Source of the DNA: Octopus sinensis
Lineage: Eukaryota
Assembly (NCBI RefSeq): GCF_006345805.1
Contig: NC_043013.1
Coordinates: forward strand, 17,856,001-17,920,000
Length of the DNA stretch: 64,000 nucleotides
Direction of reading: 5' to 3'
The notes under the pieces were generated by a model. The model did not search any database. It worked only from the letters and a program-made list of their open reading frames with translations, and had not been told where the DNA came from. Each line of letters begins with the position of its first letter. Position 1 is the stretch's first letter. Of the stretch, positions 25,436 through 38,452 are shown piece after piece. The position numbers were made by a program, and so were the translations under genes.

Positions 25436-26470
25436 TCTGAATCTGCTTCACTTTCAGTTCTCAGAATATATGAGGAGAAATATGTTTGCAGGTTATTAAC
25501 GTCACGCCCTGGAGGAATGAATGACAGGCGAATATCATCAAATTTATACAAAACTGTTTGATTAAATATTCTTCTTTCTCTCTTTTTCTTTCCTTTTTTT
25601 CTGTCATCTTTTTTTTCTGTCTTTATCTTTTCGCCTGTTATAAAATTGTAACTTAAAAACTGAAGATGTCATTCCATCAGCGTGTAGATGCTGGTTGCTC
25701 TCGTTCATACTTTATGCTTAAATTTCTGTAATTTTGAATTTTTATCACTTCTCATTTTGAACTTGACAAAGACAGATGTACTGTTGAAATATCGTTCAAC
25801 AAATAAAATATCTTACAATCGAATCGTCTTGACTATTATTATTATTATTATTATTATTATTCTTATTCTTCTTCTTATTATTATTATTATTGACAATACT
25901 GGCTAATTTTATATTATTCTTATTTAATCTAGCTATAATGGTATCCATATTGGGAAGAGTAGAGTATGAGATTCGAACTGTCTTACATGAAAAGATGCTA
26001 TTATATCTATGGGAAGTAGGGAAGTTTTTTTCTAAAATAGCCATAAATTTTCTGTATATGTTTGTGGATAATGTACAACTGTATGGGATATTAAACCAGA
26101 TGAAATTCTTACCTTTAAATTTATGGTGTAAATAAGGGCTTATTGTGAGTTTAATCACCTTATTTTGAAATTGTATGGATAATACCATTCTAAATTCTGG
26201 TGCCTCAACTTAAGTACCTATTTCTTTACTACCCACAATAGGCTAAACACAGAGAGGACAAACAGATTAAGTCGATTATATCGACCCTAGTGCATAACTG
26301 GTACTTATTTAATCGACCCCGAAAGGATGAAAAGCTAAGTCGACCTCAGCGGAATTTGAACTCAGAACGTGACGGCAGACGAAATACTGCTAAGCATTTC
26401 GCCCAGCGTGCTAACGTTTCTACCAGTTCGCCGCCTTAAACTCAACTTAAGTACCATACTCATCTGAATC
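25436..26470. mobile_element. Penelope-like element remnants in both orientations
   Basis: Minus ORF 25796-26188 (FIWFNIPYSCTLSTNIYRKF..LEKNFPTSHRYNSIFSCKTVRISYSTLPNM) is typical of the Penelope RT-to-endonuclease region. Plus-strand LRIYEEKYVCRLLTSRPGGMN resembles a GIY-YIG C-terminus, followed by a decayed CTGAAGA-TGTC...GACA motif. Confidence 0.75.
26219..26437 (-). mobile_element. Full-length SINE family A
   Basis: 15-bp TSD CTCAACTTAAGTACC (26204-26218 and 26441-26455). Confidence 0.9.
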
Positions 26471-26497
26471 TATATATACTTATATATATATATATAT

Positions 26498-26498
<1 letters not shown>

Positions 26499-26529
<31 letters not shown>

Positions 26530-28284
26530 TTAACGTCCGCTTTCCATGCTAGCATGTGTTGGACGGTTCAACTGGGGTCTGGGGAGCCCGAACGCTGCAC
26601 CAGGCCAGTCAGATCTGGCAGTGTTTCTACAGCTGGATGCCCTTCCTAACGCCAACCACTCCGAGAGTGTAGTGGGTGATTTTATGTGCCACCGACACAG
26701 GTGCCAGACGAGGCTGGCGAACGGCCACGCTCGGATGGTGTTTTTTATGTGCCACCGACACAGGTGCCAGACGAGGCTGGCAGACGGCCACGCTCGGATG
26801 GTGTTTTTATGTGGCACCAACACAGGTGCCAGATGAGGCTGGCAAACGGCCACGATCGGATGGTGTTTGTTACGTGCCCACAGCACGGAGGCCAGTCGAT
26901 GCGGTACTGGCTACGGCCACGTTCGGATGGTTTTCTTGTGTGCCACCGGCACTGGTACCACAAAGATACAAATTCCATTGATGTTCATCTATTTTGATTT
27001 GTTTTGATTTTCACTTGCCTCAACAGGTCTTCACAAGTGTCACAAGAAGGAAGGTATGCACAGGTGGACTGACTATGTCCCAGGTAGGGACCACGGGTTA
27101 TGGCCTGACTAGTCTTGCCGGGTCTTCGGATGGTGTTTTTATGTGCCACCGACATAGGTGCCAGATGAGGCTGGCAAATGGCCACGACCGGATGGTGTTT
27201 GTTACGTGCCCACAGCACGATGGCCAGTCGATGCGGTACTGGCTATGGCCACGTTCGGATGGTTTTCTTGTGTGCCACTGGCACTGGTACCACAAAGATA
27301 CAAATTCCATTAATGTTCATCTATTTTGATTTGTTTTGATTTGATTTTGATTTTCACTTGCCTCAACAGGCCTTCACAAGTATCACAAGAAGGAAGGTAT
27401 GCACAGGTGGACTGACTACATCCCAGGTAGGGCCCACGAGTTATGGCCTGACTAGTCTTGCCGGGTCTTCGGATGGTGTTTTTATGTGCCACTGACACAG
27501 GTGCCAGATGAGGCTGGCGAACGTACACGATCGGATGGTGTTTGTTATGTGCCCACAGCACGATGGCCAGTCGATGCGGTACTGGCTACGGCCACGTTCG
27601 GATGGATTTCTTGTGTGCCACCGGCACTGGTACCACAAAGATACAGATTCCATTGATGTTCATCTATTTTGATTTGTTTTGATTTGATTTGATTTGATTT
27701 TCACTTGCCTCAACAGGTCTTCACAAGTGTCACAAGAAGGAAGGTATGCACAGGTGGACTGACTACGTCCCAGGTAGGGGCCACGGGTTATGGCCTGACT
27801 AGTCTTGCCGGGTCTTCGGAAGGTGTTTTTATGTGCCACCGACACAGGTGCCAGATGAGGCTGGCGAACGGCCACGATCGGATGGTGTTTGTTACGTGCC
27901 CACAACACGGAGGCCAGTCGGTGCAGTACTGGCTACGGCCACGTTCGGATGGTTTTCTTGTGTGCCACCGGCACTGGTACCACAAAGATACAAATTCCAT
28001 TGATGTTCATCTATTTTGATTTGTTTTGATTTTGATTTTCGCTTGCCTCAACAGGTCTTCACAAGTGTCACAAGAAGGGAGGTATGCACAGGTGGACTGA
28101 CTACGTCCCAGGTAGGGGCCACGGGTTATGACCTGACTAGTCTTGCCGGGTCTTCGGATGGTGTTTTTATGTGCCACCGACACAGGTGCCATATGAGGCT
28201 GGCGAACGGCCACGATCGGATGGTGTTTGTCATGTGCCCACAGCACGGAGGCCAGTCGATGCGGAGGTGCCATATGAGGCTGGC
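26499..28284 (-). repeat. RTE 3'UTR expanded into a tandem array of 330-350 bp units (about 5), each containing subrepeats of about 60 bp
   Basis: The marker GATGTTCATCTATTTTGATTTG (or close variants) recurs near 26980, 27312, 27655 and 28002. The family terminus and (GAT)n tail lie at 26499-26560. Confidence 0.9.
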
Positions 28285-28860
28285 AAATTAGTAATGCAAT
28301 ACTAGAGTATTGCTTTCCAGTAAAGAATAGCCCATGAGGGAAAAATACGCGGTGAAGCTATACATTAGCGTCGTATTATTATGTTCGCTATTTCCAGTAA
28401 ATATCGGTACTTCGTTGTGCCATTTATTTACTTTGTGTATTTTTCCCTCACGGGCTATTCTTTACTGGAAAGAGATACTCTAGTATTGCATTACTAATTT
28501 ATTGAAACTTCTTCACCGTTTCTCGTGCTGTTAGCGTTTCGGCGTTTCAGTCGAGTGTAATGGCATTAATGTGGTTACATGTGAAATTTTGTCGTGGTAT
28601 ATGTTTGGCTGATGAAGATAGATCAAGATTATAGTTGCAGACATATCTTGAAAAATCTGAAACCTGCAAGTCCCACATTATCCTTTTCCAGGTATTTCAT
28701 CTTTCAGATGTTCTCCCTGGAGGTAAGACAATTTTTTCTAGTTTGTTGCACACACACATTTTTGCTAATACATACGCGGTGAAGCTATACATTAGCGTCG
28801 TATTATTACGTTCGCTATTTCCAGTAAATATCGGTACTTCGTTGTGCCATTTATTTACTT

Positions 28861-28864
<4 letters not shown>
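28285..28864 (+). mobile_element. Hammerhead-containing, terminally redundant 427-bp unit with a 5' inverted fragment (retrozyme or Penelope pLTR-like)
   Basis: A direct repeat of about 93 bp starts at 28345 and 28772. 28285-28348 is the reverse complement of 28437-28500. The hammerhead lies at 28601-28678. Confidence 0.75.
28601..28678 (+). ncRNA. Type I hammerhead ribozyme motif, intact core
   Basis: Stem I ATGT(TT)GG/CCACAT; CTGATGA at 28609-28615; stem II AGAT/ATCT plus TCAAGAT/ATCTTGA; GAAA at 28659-28662; stem III C-CTGCAA-G; GUC triplet at 28670-28672. Confidence 0.78.
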
Positions 28865-28918
<54 letters not shown>

Positions 28919-29091
28919 AATTGAGATAGGGGTTGTAAATGCAACCCTCCATGGGATAACATATGTCCAATATACTGTATATGTATATTTATATGTATAG
29001 GAGTATGAGTATATGCACTCATATGTATATGTATATGTTTTATTATGGGTATGTACCCACACCTATATAAGTATGTATGTAATCTAATTTG

Positions 29092-29222
29092 TAATCTCCG
29101 AAGAGGCCTTAGGATGTTTCTGTAAATGTCTCATTTATAACTACATATTGACCTACCATAAATGGCTAATATAAGTTAAACGAGACATGCTTATCTACAT
29201 GGCCGAAACAGCTGTAATATAT
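29092..29222 (+). ncRNA. Decayed hammerhead motif with about 100-nt stem II insert
   Basis: CCGAAGA-GGCC...GGCC-GAAA-CAGCTG-TA, with internal pairing ATGTCTC/GAGACAT. Core U4>C change and a poor stem I. Confidence 0.55.
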
Positions 29223-29448
29223 AGTCTATATTTATATTTATGTGTACTTATATATATTTTCTATTATATGTATTCTACTTATTGTATAACATTACTATTT
29301 TATGTACACTCCTTTATGTACACTGTTTTACCCTGCATTATTATGTTTAACCTTATAGTTTCTCATGTGGTGGTTTAATAAAGTATGTGATTGAGTATTA
29401 TCTGGTAATTGATATTTGATTTCAATGTATTTCTCCATTTTCTTATTT

Positions 29449-29525
<77 letters not shown>

Positions 29526-30194
29526 ATATTAGGGAATATACTCACACACACATACATATACATATATATACATATATGTGTGTGTATGTGTATGCACCTA
29601 CACTTACGTTCTGCTTAGGCATGTCTCATGCATGTGTGTGCAACATTATTTTTTACCCTAGTTTGATGCACACAAACAAGTATGTGCATATATTAATTTA
29701 AAGATGAGGGATCTTTGCAAAGCATTACAAATTTTCACTGTGCCAGTAATACATTGGATTTGGAGGATGCATGTCAGTTTTTGATGCTCTTTCTTGGAAA
29801 CACTGAGTATTTCAAGTTTTTTCGTATGGGTGTATGTATGTAAATATATACATTTCCACATACAGGTACTTACGTAAAGACTGATAACTATTTATATAAA
29901 TAACTATTGTCTTGTGGGTTTTCCCTGTTTTCCATCACAGACATCCAAACTATTTCACATAGGATGTTTATCACATGTTTTTGCCTCAGTTTCCTAATCA
30001 CAAGATTTTGTGATAAGAATTACATTTCGGTGTTGTTATGAGAAATTAATATTTTAGCAACATAGACACATACATACATAGATGTGTTCATCATCATCAT
30101 CGTCACCGTCATTGTTGTCATCATCATCATCATCATCATAATAATAATAATAATCATCATCAACATTTAAAATCTGTTCTCCATTTGTGGTCGA

Positions 30195-30780
30195 TGTAAA
30201 AGGTGGTAGTAGTACCAATAATTGTCAGAGCCCTGGGAACAGTGAATAAAAATCTTGAGAAGTACATGGAACATATAGGGGCTGTAATAATGGTGGAGCA
30301 CTTGCAGAAAACAGCACTGTGTGGAACTGCTCGAATACTCTGGAAGGTGCTCGAAAAATAAGAGGTGTTACCTTAGTTCACTGGTATTGAACAGCTGACA
30401 CCATAGTACATCTCCAACGTTAGAAGCTATGCAAACCCAATGATAATAATAATATTAATAATTATAATAATAATAATAATGATGACAACAACAACAACAA
30501 TAACAACAGCAACAACAACAATGATCATAATTATAATAATAATAATAACAACAGCAATACCAATGGTTTCAAATGTTGGCACAGGGTCAATAATTTTGGG
30601 GAAGGGTTAAGTCAATTACATCAGCTCCAGTTCTCAACTGGTACTTATTTTATCGATCCTGAAAGGATGAAAGGTAAAGTTGACCTTCAGTTGGAATCTG
30701 AAGTTAGAACACAAAGATAGATGAAATGCTACTAAGTATTTCACCTGGGGTGCTAACAATTCTGCCAGCTTGCCACCTTA

Positions 30781-30835
<55 letters not shown>

Positions 30836-31154
30836 CAGTGATCATAGGAGCACTAGGAATGATCAAGAAGGGAACCAAAAATTATATGAGAATGATCCCT
30901 GGCTTACCATCCCTGCAAGAAGTGCAAAAGATTGTCTTAACTGGTACATCACACGTATTGAGAAGAGCATTGTCGATGTGAGAATTATTACTACCCATGT
31001 ATTTTAATTTAACTTTTAAAAAAATTTAAAAAATGAACGAACTATTGAGTCTAGTTTAATAGCCTACCAATGTATACTATGAGTTTCTTTGCCCTAGGAG
31101 TCGGGAAGACACTCGGCAAGAAATGGAAGCAAATTTGAAAGAGGAAAAAAAAAA

Positions 31155-31155
<1 letters not shown>
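30195..31155 (+). mobile_element. Two short 3' ends of R4/Dong-type (REL endonuclease) LINEs (30195-30440 and 30834-31155)
   Basis: They read VVVVPIIVRALGTVNKNLEKY..EHLQKTALCGTARIL and IPVIIGALGMIKKG..LQEVQKIVLTGTSHVLRR. The second is embedded in (TAA)n on both sides. Confidence 0.8.
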
Positions 31156-31204
<49 letters not shown>

Positions 31205-31441
31205 TATAATAATAATGATAAAAGTGTTTCTTTTAGTAACCAAAATATATCATGCAGAATATCAGGTCATTAAGAATGAAATGTCTGATTTTCTTGTGCA
31301 CCAAGTTTGACAGACATTAACTCTAATGTTTTATCCAGACAATTCTTTGTTTTACTACATTGAAGAGTTACATCATCACTTTTTGAAATGGTGTCTGATC
31401 CTGTTGTGAGTTTTCTCTTGTAAATCAATTTTTATGAACCC

Positions 31442-31794
31442 ATGGAGGGATAAAAAATTCATGTTGTTTATGAATATGAGTTCTGTTGTGGAACCAATGC
31501 ATCCCAGACAGCTCAAAACATCAATGAGGTGTTTGGTGAAGATGTAATGAATGCACTGTATGTTGATGGTTTGAGAAGTTCCTGTCTGGTGACTTTACTC
31601 TTGAAAATCAGCCCTGTGGTAGACCTGAGACCAAGGTGGATAATGATGTGCTGGAAACTGTAATAGAAGCAGATACATCTCAAACTATGTGTAAGTTAGT
31701 AACAAGGTTTGATGTTACAATTCCAAATTTATTGGATCATCTGAAACAAATCGGCAAAGTAAAGAAGCTGGACAAGTGGGTACCACATGAACTG
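31442..31794 (+). mobile_element. Mariner transposase N-terminal fragment
   Basis: YEYEF..NASQTAQNINEVFGED..WFEKFLSGDFTLENQPCGRPETKVDND..HLKQIGKVKKLDKWVPHEL. Confidence 0.88.
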
Positions 31795-31904
31795 ATCTGA
31801 TAATTCGGGACAATAAGAATTGTTTTATTTAATTTTTTAACTGTAATTCTCCATAATCAAATTATTCATGAAATATTTCACTTTTATTTTGTTCACTTAT
31901 TTAA

Positions 31905-32124
31905 CCCTTTTGTTACTGTATTTATTTTGAGATGTTCTGTGTTTCTTTCAATTACTTTAAATATAACAAAGAATTTAATAAAATAACTTAGTTACCATTC
32001 AGCTAATGTTAGGAACATAAATTGTGACTAAGGTTTGGTGGAAGATTTTAATTCAAAACTTATGAAAACAAAACATTTGTACTCAGTGCCAGAGCTGGTT
32101 TCAGCTGGGTTGGTATCGAAAGGG
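31905..32124 (-). mobile_element. piggyBac-type MITE, same family as 6498-6717
   Basis: TTAA-CCCTTTTGTTAC...GTATCGAAAGGG-TTAA; the interior is the reverse complement of the 6.5 kb copy. Confidence 0.85.
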
Positions 32125-32399
32125 TTAAACTTAGCAACAAGATCATATCATTTTGTTGTTACTGTTGTTGTTGTTGTTTAACGAACAAATATCTTATCAA
32201 TTGCAATCTTCTTTTGAAGAATGATAAAGCCTGTTAAGTGTCGAAACTTGTTGGTTCAAAACAACTTTCCTTCCGATGCCTCTTTCTATGATTTTTACTG
32301 TAATCTTATCTTGGATATTGATAATGTCATTGACTCTGAAACGCGTGATCAGGCACGCTTAGCACGCCTGGCATTTGTTTGCTTAGAATCAGACCCTGT

Positions 32400-32597
32400 G
32401 AGTATGTGTGAGATGTATGTATGCATATATGCATTTATGTATGTATTTATGTGTGTGTATGTGTATTTGCTTGTGTATGTATGCGTGTGTGTGTACTTGC
32501 TTCTGTATGTATGTATGTATGTATGTATGTATGTGTGTATGTATGTATGTATGTATGTGTGTATATGTACTTGCTTATGTATGTATATGTATGTATG

Positions 32598-32629
<32 letters not shown>

Positions 32630-32705
32630 CGTGTATGTGTGCATGTATGTGTGTATGTATTTGTGTATATGTACTTGCTTATGTATGTATGTATATGTAT
32701 GTATG

Positions 32706-32739
<34 letters not shown>

Positions 32740-33000
32740 TGTATGTATGTATGTGTGTATGTGTACTTGCTTTTGTATGTATGTATATATATGTATGTAC
32801 ATGTACATCTGCATGTGTGTATGTTTGTATGTATATGTGTGTATCTATGTATGTGTGTGCATACATATATGTATGAGTATGTAGGTCTGCATGTCTGTCT
32901 GTATGCTTATAAGTATATATGCATGACTGTCTGTCTACATGTATGTATGTAAGTATGTATGCATGTATGTATATGTGTGTATGTTTGTATGTATGTTTTA
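32400..33000. repeat. Compound (TATG)n/(TG)n microsatellite
   Basis: Direct reading. It explains the spurious 243-aa ORF. Confidence 0.95.
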
Positions 33001-33004
33001 TACT

Positions 33005-33405
33005 CTTTACTCTTTTACTCTTTTGCTTGTTTCAGTCATTTGACTGTGGCCATGCTGGAGCACTGCCTTTAGTTGAACAAATCGACCCTAGGACTTATTC
33101 TTTGTAAGCCTAGTACTTATTCTATCAGCGTCTTTTGCCGAACCGCTAAGTTATGGGGATGTATACACACCACCATCGGTTGTCAAGCGATGTTGGGGAC
33201 AAACACAGACATACAAACACACACACACACACACACACATATACGACGGGCTTCTTTCAGTTACCGTCTACCAAATCCACTCATAAGGCTTTGGTCGGTC
33301 CAAGGCTATAGTAGAAGACACTTGCCCAAGGTGCCACACAGTGGGACTGACCATGGAACCATGTGGTTGGTAAGCAAGCTACTTACCACAGAGCCGCTCC
33401 TACGC
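33005..33405 (-). mobile_element. SINE family B
   Basis: Reverse complement of 56117-56480, with an internal (CA)n tract. Confidence 0.88.
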
Positions 33406-33754
33406 CTATTATGTGTACATATGTGTGTGTGTGTGTGTGTGTGAGTACGTGCATGTGAGGGTATGTGGGTTAGTGGTTAGGGGATTTGACTCACAATCAT
33501 AAGATCATGCATTTGATTCCTAGGAGTGGGTGGTATCCTTGAGCAAAACACTTTATTTCATATTACCACAGTCCACTCAGCTGGCAAAAATGAGTCATAA
33601 TTCAATTTGCTAGGCTTGTTATTTTCTAGATATTGCTGAATCTCCCTCAGAGTTATGTTAAATGTGTGTGTCTATGGGGAGTTCTCCTCCATGTGTACTT
33701 TAATTTTGCAAGCTGCTTTTCCGTTGACAGGATTACCTGGAACAATTGTCGTCA

Positions 33755-33960
33755 TATGAGGGCCAGCTGAAAAGTTCATAGACTGACTAAGGTACTCACC
33801 TGGAATATGGCCTAATATGGTTTATTTTTCAACATTGTCCCCTTTGTGGTTCACACACTTCTTCCATCAGTGTTGCAGTGTTTAGATCCCACTGGTGAAG
33901 AAGCTTTCATCTTGTTGGTTTAAAAAGTCATTAACAGCAGAAATGATGTCATCATTACTG
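33755..33960 (+). mobile_element. Mariner-derived non-autonomous fragment
   Basis: The end TATGAGGGCCAGCTGAAAAGTTCATAG resembles the terminus of the mariner at 60415-60442. Confidence 0.55.
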
Positions 33961-34166
33961 CAATATTGGTTACCAAGTAGGGGATTTTTTCAGGTTTGGG
34001 AACTTGTGACAGCCTTAATATGACTTCATTGGTAAAACATTGACATCAGCAAGTTCTTCTCAATAGAGGTTGAAGGATTAGACAGAGTTTATTGAAGTAT
34101 CTATCACATGATGTCAAGACAAAAAACACACACACTCACAAACCACAGACAGACATGCATAAATAC

Positions 34167-34203
<37 letters not shown>

Positions 34204-34211
34204 CATACACA

Positions 34212-36915
34212 CAGGGTGTGATGGGTAAATTGTCGCATTTCATATTTTTAATTGTGTGCATACACATTGTTTGTTTTTGATTTTGTTGACTACAGAGTAT
34301 AGTAGGGTCAGTTGGGCACCATCTGTGAGGAAAACAGTGCCATGACGCAATTTACTCTGCCAGAAATTTGGAAATGGCATGCTGTACTGCTTGGCATTCA
34401 CACTAGAAGCTCCAATACGAACATTTCAGAGTGTTTGGGTGTCAATCTGAGGACTGTGCAGAGGATTCAGAAATGGCGAGTACGAAGGCATGGCAGCTCT
34501 GAAAACTCACTCTGATTGTTCCGATAAGAAAATAACTCCTGAATTTGTTGGTGAGATCCAGGCCTTGATTGACAATGATCCCTCCAAGTCAGTCAGATCC
34601 AGGGATATGGGAGTGTGAGTTTCTTATCAGGCAGGTAGTGCATGAAGACATTCGGTATTCCTCATACAAGATGAGAAAGGGACAATTTTTATCCCAAGCC
34701 ACCAAGGACAAGAAGAAAAACAGTGCTGTGAAACTTTTGAACAAACTCAAGCATCCCCTCCAACTGAACATGCTTTTGGTTTTTCTCAGATAATAATAAT
34801 AATAATAATAATAATTGTGTACATTGCTCAGGTGCACTACAACTCATCTAAAGTGTATATATAATCAGGTGTAGTTTCGGCGGATTTCGGAAAGCATGAG
34901 GGCCTTAAAGGATGCAGTGTCATGGCAGTCAACAACTGACGCAGGCAGTTTATTCCATGCTTCAGCAACTCTGAGCGTGAAAAAATGTTTCCAAAAGTCA
35001 TGGGAGCTGTGTTGTTTTCTGACTTTGTAGGCATGTCTATGTGTGTTAGACACATGGAGATCAAAAAGGTGTTCAGTGTTGTTGTTGGTGAGGTGGTTGA
35101 TAACTTTGTGGGTGTTTACCAAGTCCGTCGCCAGACGCCGGAGCTTCAGTGAATCCATGCCCAGGGAAACAAGGCGCTCAGAATATGGTAGGTGTCTGAT
35201 GGAGGGTATGCGTTTGGTTGCACGTCTCTGGGCAGATTCCGGGAGGTCAATGTTCTGAGCAAGATAGGGGTTCCAAACTGATGATGCGAATTCCAAGTGT
35301 GGTCGTACCATAGCTGTATACAGTTTTAAATAGATGGCTGGAGAGCGGCTAACAAAAGTCTTGCTGAGTGATGCCAGGACACCCTCGGCCTTCTTAACAA
35401 TTTTAGAGATATGCTTTGTCCAACGCAAATCACTGCTGACAGTGATGCCTAGGTCATGCTTGCAAGAGGATTTCTTGATATCAGTGTTGTGGAGGGAGTG
35501 TGTGGACGCAGGGTTTTTTCTCCCAAAATGCATGGTGGTACACTTGTCCACAGTCAGTTTTAGTTGCCAGTCTGTGATCCATTGCTGCATTGTGTCTAGG
35601 TCTGATTGCAGGAAAGAGTTGTAGACATCAGGATCTGTCCTCTTGATTTCAAGGTACAGCTTGATGTCGTCTGCATATTTCAATACTGTGGCATTCTTTA
35701 AATTGGCATCTATGTCATTAATGTATGCCACAAACAGGTACACCCGATGACATCTCATATGGTGTAGAATGCTGTCCTAGAACTGTGACTACCTCCTTTC
35801 GGCTGAGAATGAAGGATTTCAACCAGTTAAAAGGGTCATCCCTCACACCCATTGCAGAGAGTTTTACCATAATCCTTTTGTGTGGCGCAGAGTTGAAAGC
35901 CTTAGCAAAATCAAGGTAGACAACATCCACCCATGAGCCACTGTCAGTGATCTGAGTAATGTCCTCAAGGAACTCGACAAGCTGATCACTGCAGCTGGAG
36001 TTAGGGACAAATCCATATTGTGAGGGTCAGATGAGACTGTGAGAGCTCCAGAAGTTCCAGAGTGTTTCTCTGACACACGATTCCATCAGTTTTGCAATAC
36101 AGCTAGTGAGACTGACTGGGCGATAGTTGACAGGTGATGTGCGGTCGCCCTTTTTGAACAGAGGAATGACACTGGCAGTTTTCCACTGCTCTGGAGTAGC
36201 ACCATTGTTGAGATGAGAGAAACCATTGAGATGAGAGAAACTTCTGCCAGGATCAGATGGTGAACAGACAGAACATCTGTTGGCTTGCTGTGTCCCCAAA
36301 ATATGTACCAAGAGTGATAAAAATCAAACATCCAGTCAACATCATGGTATTTGGAGTGATCACTAGTGATACGACGTTATGCCTCCATTCATCTTCCCAC
36401 ACGGCCTCAGACTCAACACAGAGGCCTACATCAAGTGTCTGGAAGAGGTAGTGTTGCCCTGGGTCAAGTGGGTGACTGCTAGACGGCAACAAGACTCTGC
36501 ACCACACTCAAGCAGGAGAACTCAGTCATGGTTGTCAGACAATTTCTGAAACCATATCACCCCTAACATCTGGCCACCTAAATCCCTAGACTGCAACCCC
36601 CTTGATTATTATGTGTGGGGTGCAGTTGAATGAGAGACCAACAAAATACCTTATAACACCAAAGATGAATTGAGGGCAAGGATTATGGCAGCATTCACCA
36701 ACTTAAACAAGGAGGCTGTCCAGAAGAGTTGCAGGATATTCCTAAGTCATCTGGAGGCCATGATTGAAGCCAATGGTGATTTCATTGAATAGATTTACTC
36801 TTTAGTGTTTCAAGATATTTTTATGTAATTTTGGTAAATATATCTGTTAAAATGAGAAGTCAGTATTACTTTCATTTTTGCATAATTTAGATGACAAATT
36901 ATTCACCGCACCATG
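34212..36915 (+). mobile_element. Tc1/mariner maT-type (DD37D-like) transposon, decayed and split by a LINE
   Basis: TIRs CAGGGTGTGATGGGTAAATTGTC / GACAAATTATTCACCGCACCATG. Motifs FSD|E.NFCQDQ, IMVFGVITSD, QQDSAP, WPPKSLDCNPLDYYVWG. There are 36 codons between the last two Asp, with one apparent codon deletion. Confidence 0.85.
34792..36209 (-). mobile_element. CR1-like LINE, 5'-truncated
   Basis: NYRPVSLTSCIAKLMES; DVVYLDFAKAF; YINDI..LKYADDIKLY; LYTAMVRPHLEFASSVWNPY; (ATT)n tail at 34792. Confidence 0.9.
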
Positions 36916-36929
36916 TATATATACATACC

Positions 36930-37111
<182 letters not shown>

Positions 37112-38452
37112 CATATATACATACATATATATACATATATCAAAGTACAGGTGAGGGTATCTATCTATCTATCTATCTATCTATCAACACACACACACAC
37201 ACACACACATACACACACACGTGACAGGCTTCTACCAGTTTTCGTCCACTAAATCCACTCACAAGGCTTTGATCAGCTCAGGACTAGAATAGAAAGCACT
37301 TGCCATGTACCATGATTTTACTAATTAACCTTATTTTTAGGTGTGTTTTATAGTTGTGAGTAGGCCTAGACATCCTGTTAGCCCTGTCATTCTCAACCCA
37401 AGGCAACATTGAGGATGTGACAGCCGGTAGCCGATTGAGGGTTACGTCATTTGGCTAGTACTCATTTATGGTTGAGTAGACTGGAGTAACATGAAATGAA
37501 GTACCTTGCTCAAGAACACAGTGGAGTGCTCAGGTCCAGGAATTTAACAAATGACTTCATGATCCTGAGGTGGAACACCAAAACTATTTTGTCGAATATA
37601 TAATCAGAAAAATAACAGCTACTGAAATTAGGCATGCACACACTTACGCACATGCGCATGCATGCATACACGTGCTCACAGGCAAAGACACACACACACC
37701 ACACACACTCATACACACACATACACACACACACACACACACACATACACACATATGCACACAAAGATATACCCACATGTGTATACATAGATACCTCCAC
37801 ACACACACACACACACACATATACACATGCACATACACACACACATATACACACACACATACACACACTCACACTCATGCAATAACGCAGACACATTCAT
37901 ACACACATGCACAAGACACAGCACACAGATATAAATAAACACACAGAAACATAGACACACACACACAACACTCGTGCACGTATGAATAAATGCACTCACA
38001 CACAGACATTTGAAAGAAAAGGAAAAAGTTAAACAATAGAACCTACACTCCACCCAAAGAAAAAATGTACCTTTATATGTTTAAAAAAAATTCAAAATTC
38101 AATTAAAAATGACTAGAAAAAAAATACAAGTTCAAACTAGAATTGTAGTAAAACTTGTTGGTTTAGAGATGATTGTTGTTGTTGTTGTTGCCATTGTTTC
38201 ATTACTGTTGTTGATAGTTGTTGTTGTTGCTGTTGTTTTTGTTCTTTTTGCAATTGTTGATGTTGTTATTATTGTTGTTTTGGTTTTTGATGCTTTTCTT
38301 CATGTTGTTGTTATTGTTGTTGTTGCTGTTGTGGTTGTTGCATTACAGGTTTAAAAACTTGTTCTAGTAACTTCTTACATTGATAAACATATTTACTGGT
38401 CAATACTAATGCTTAAGGAATTCTTTTTATCATGGTGTATTCTATTTTTCTT

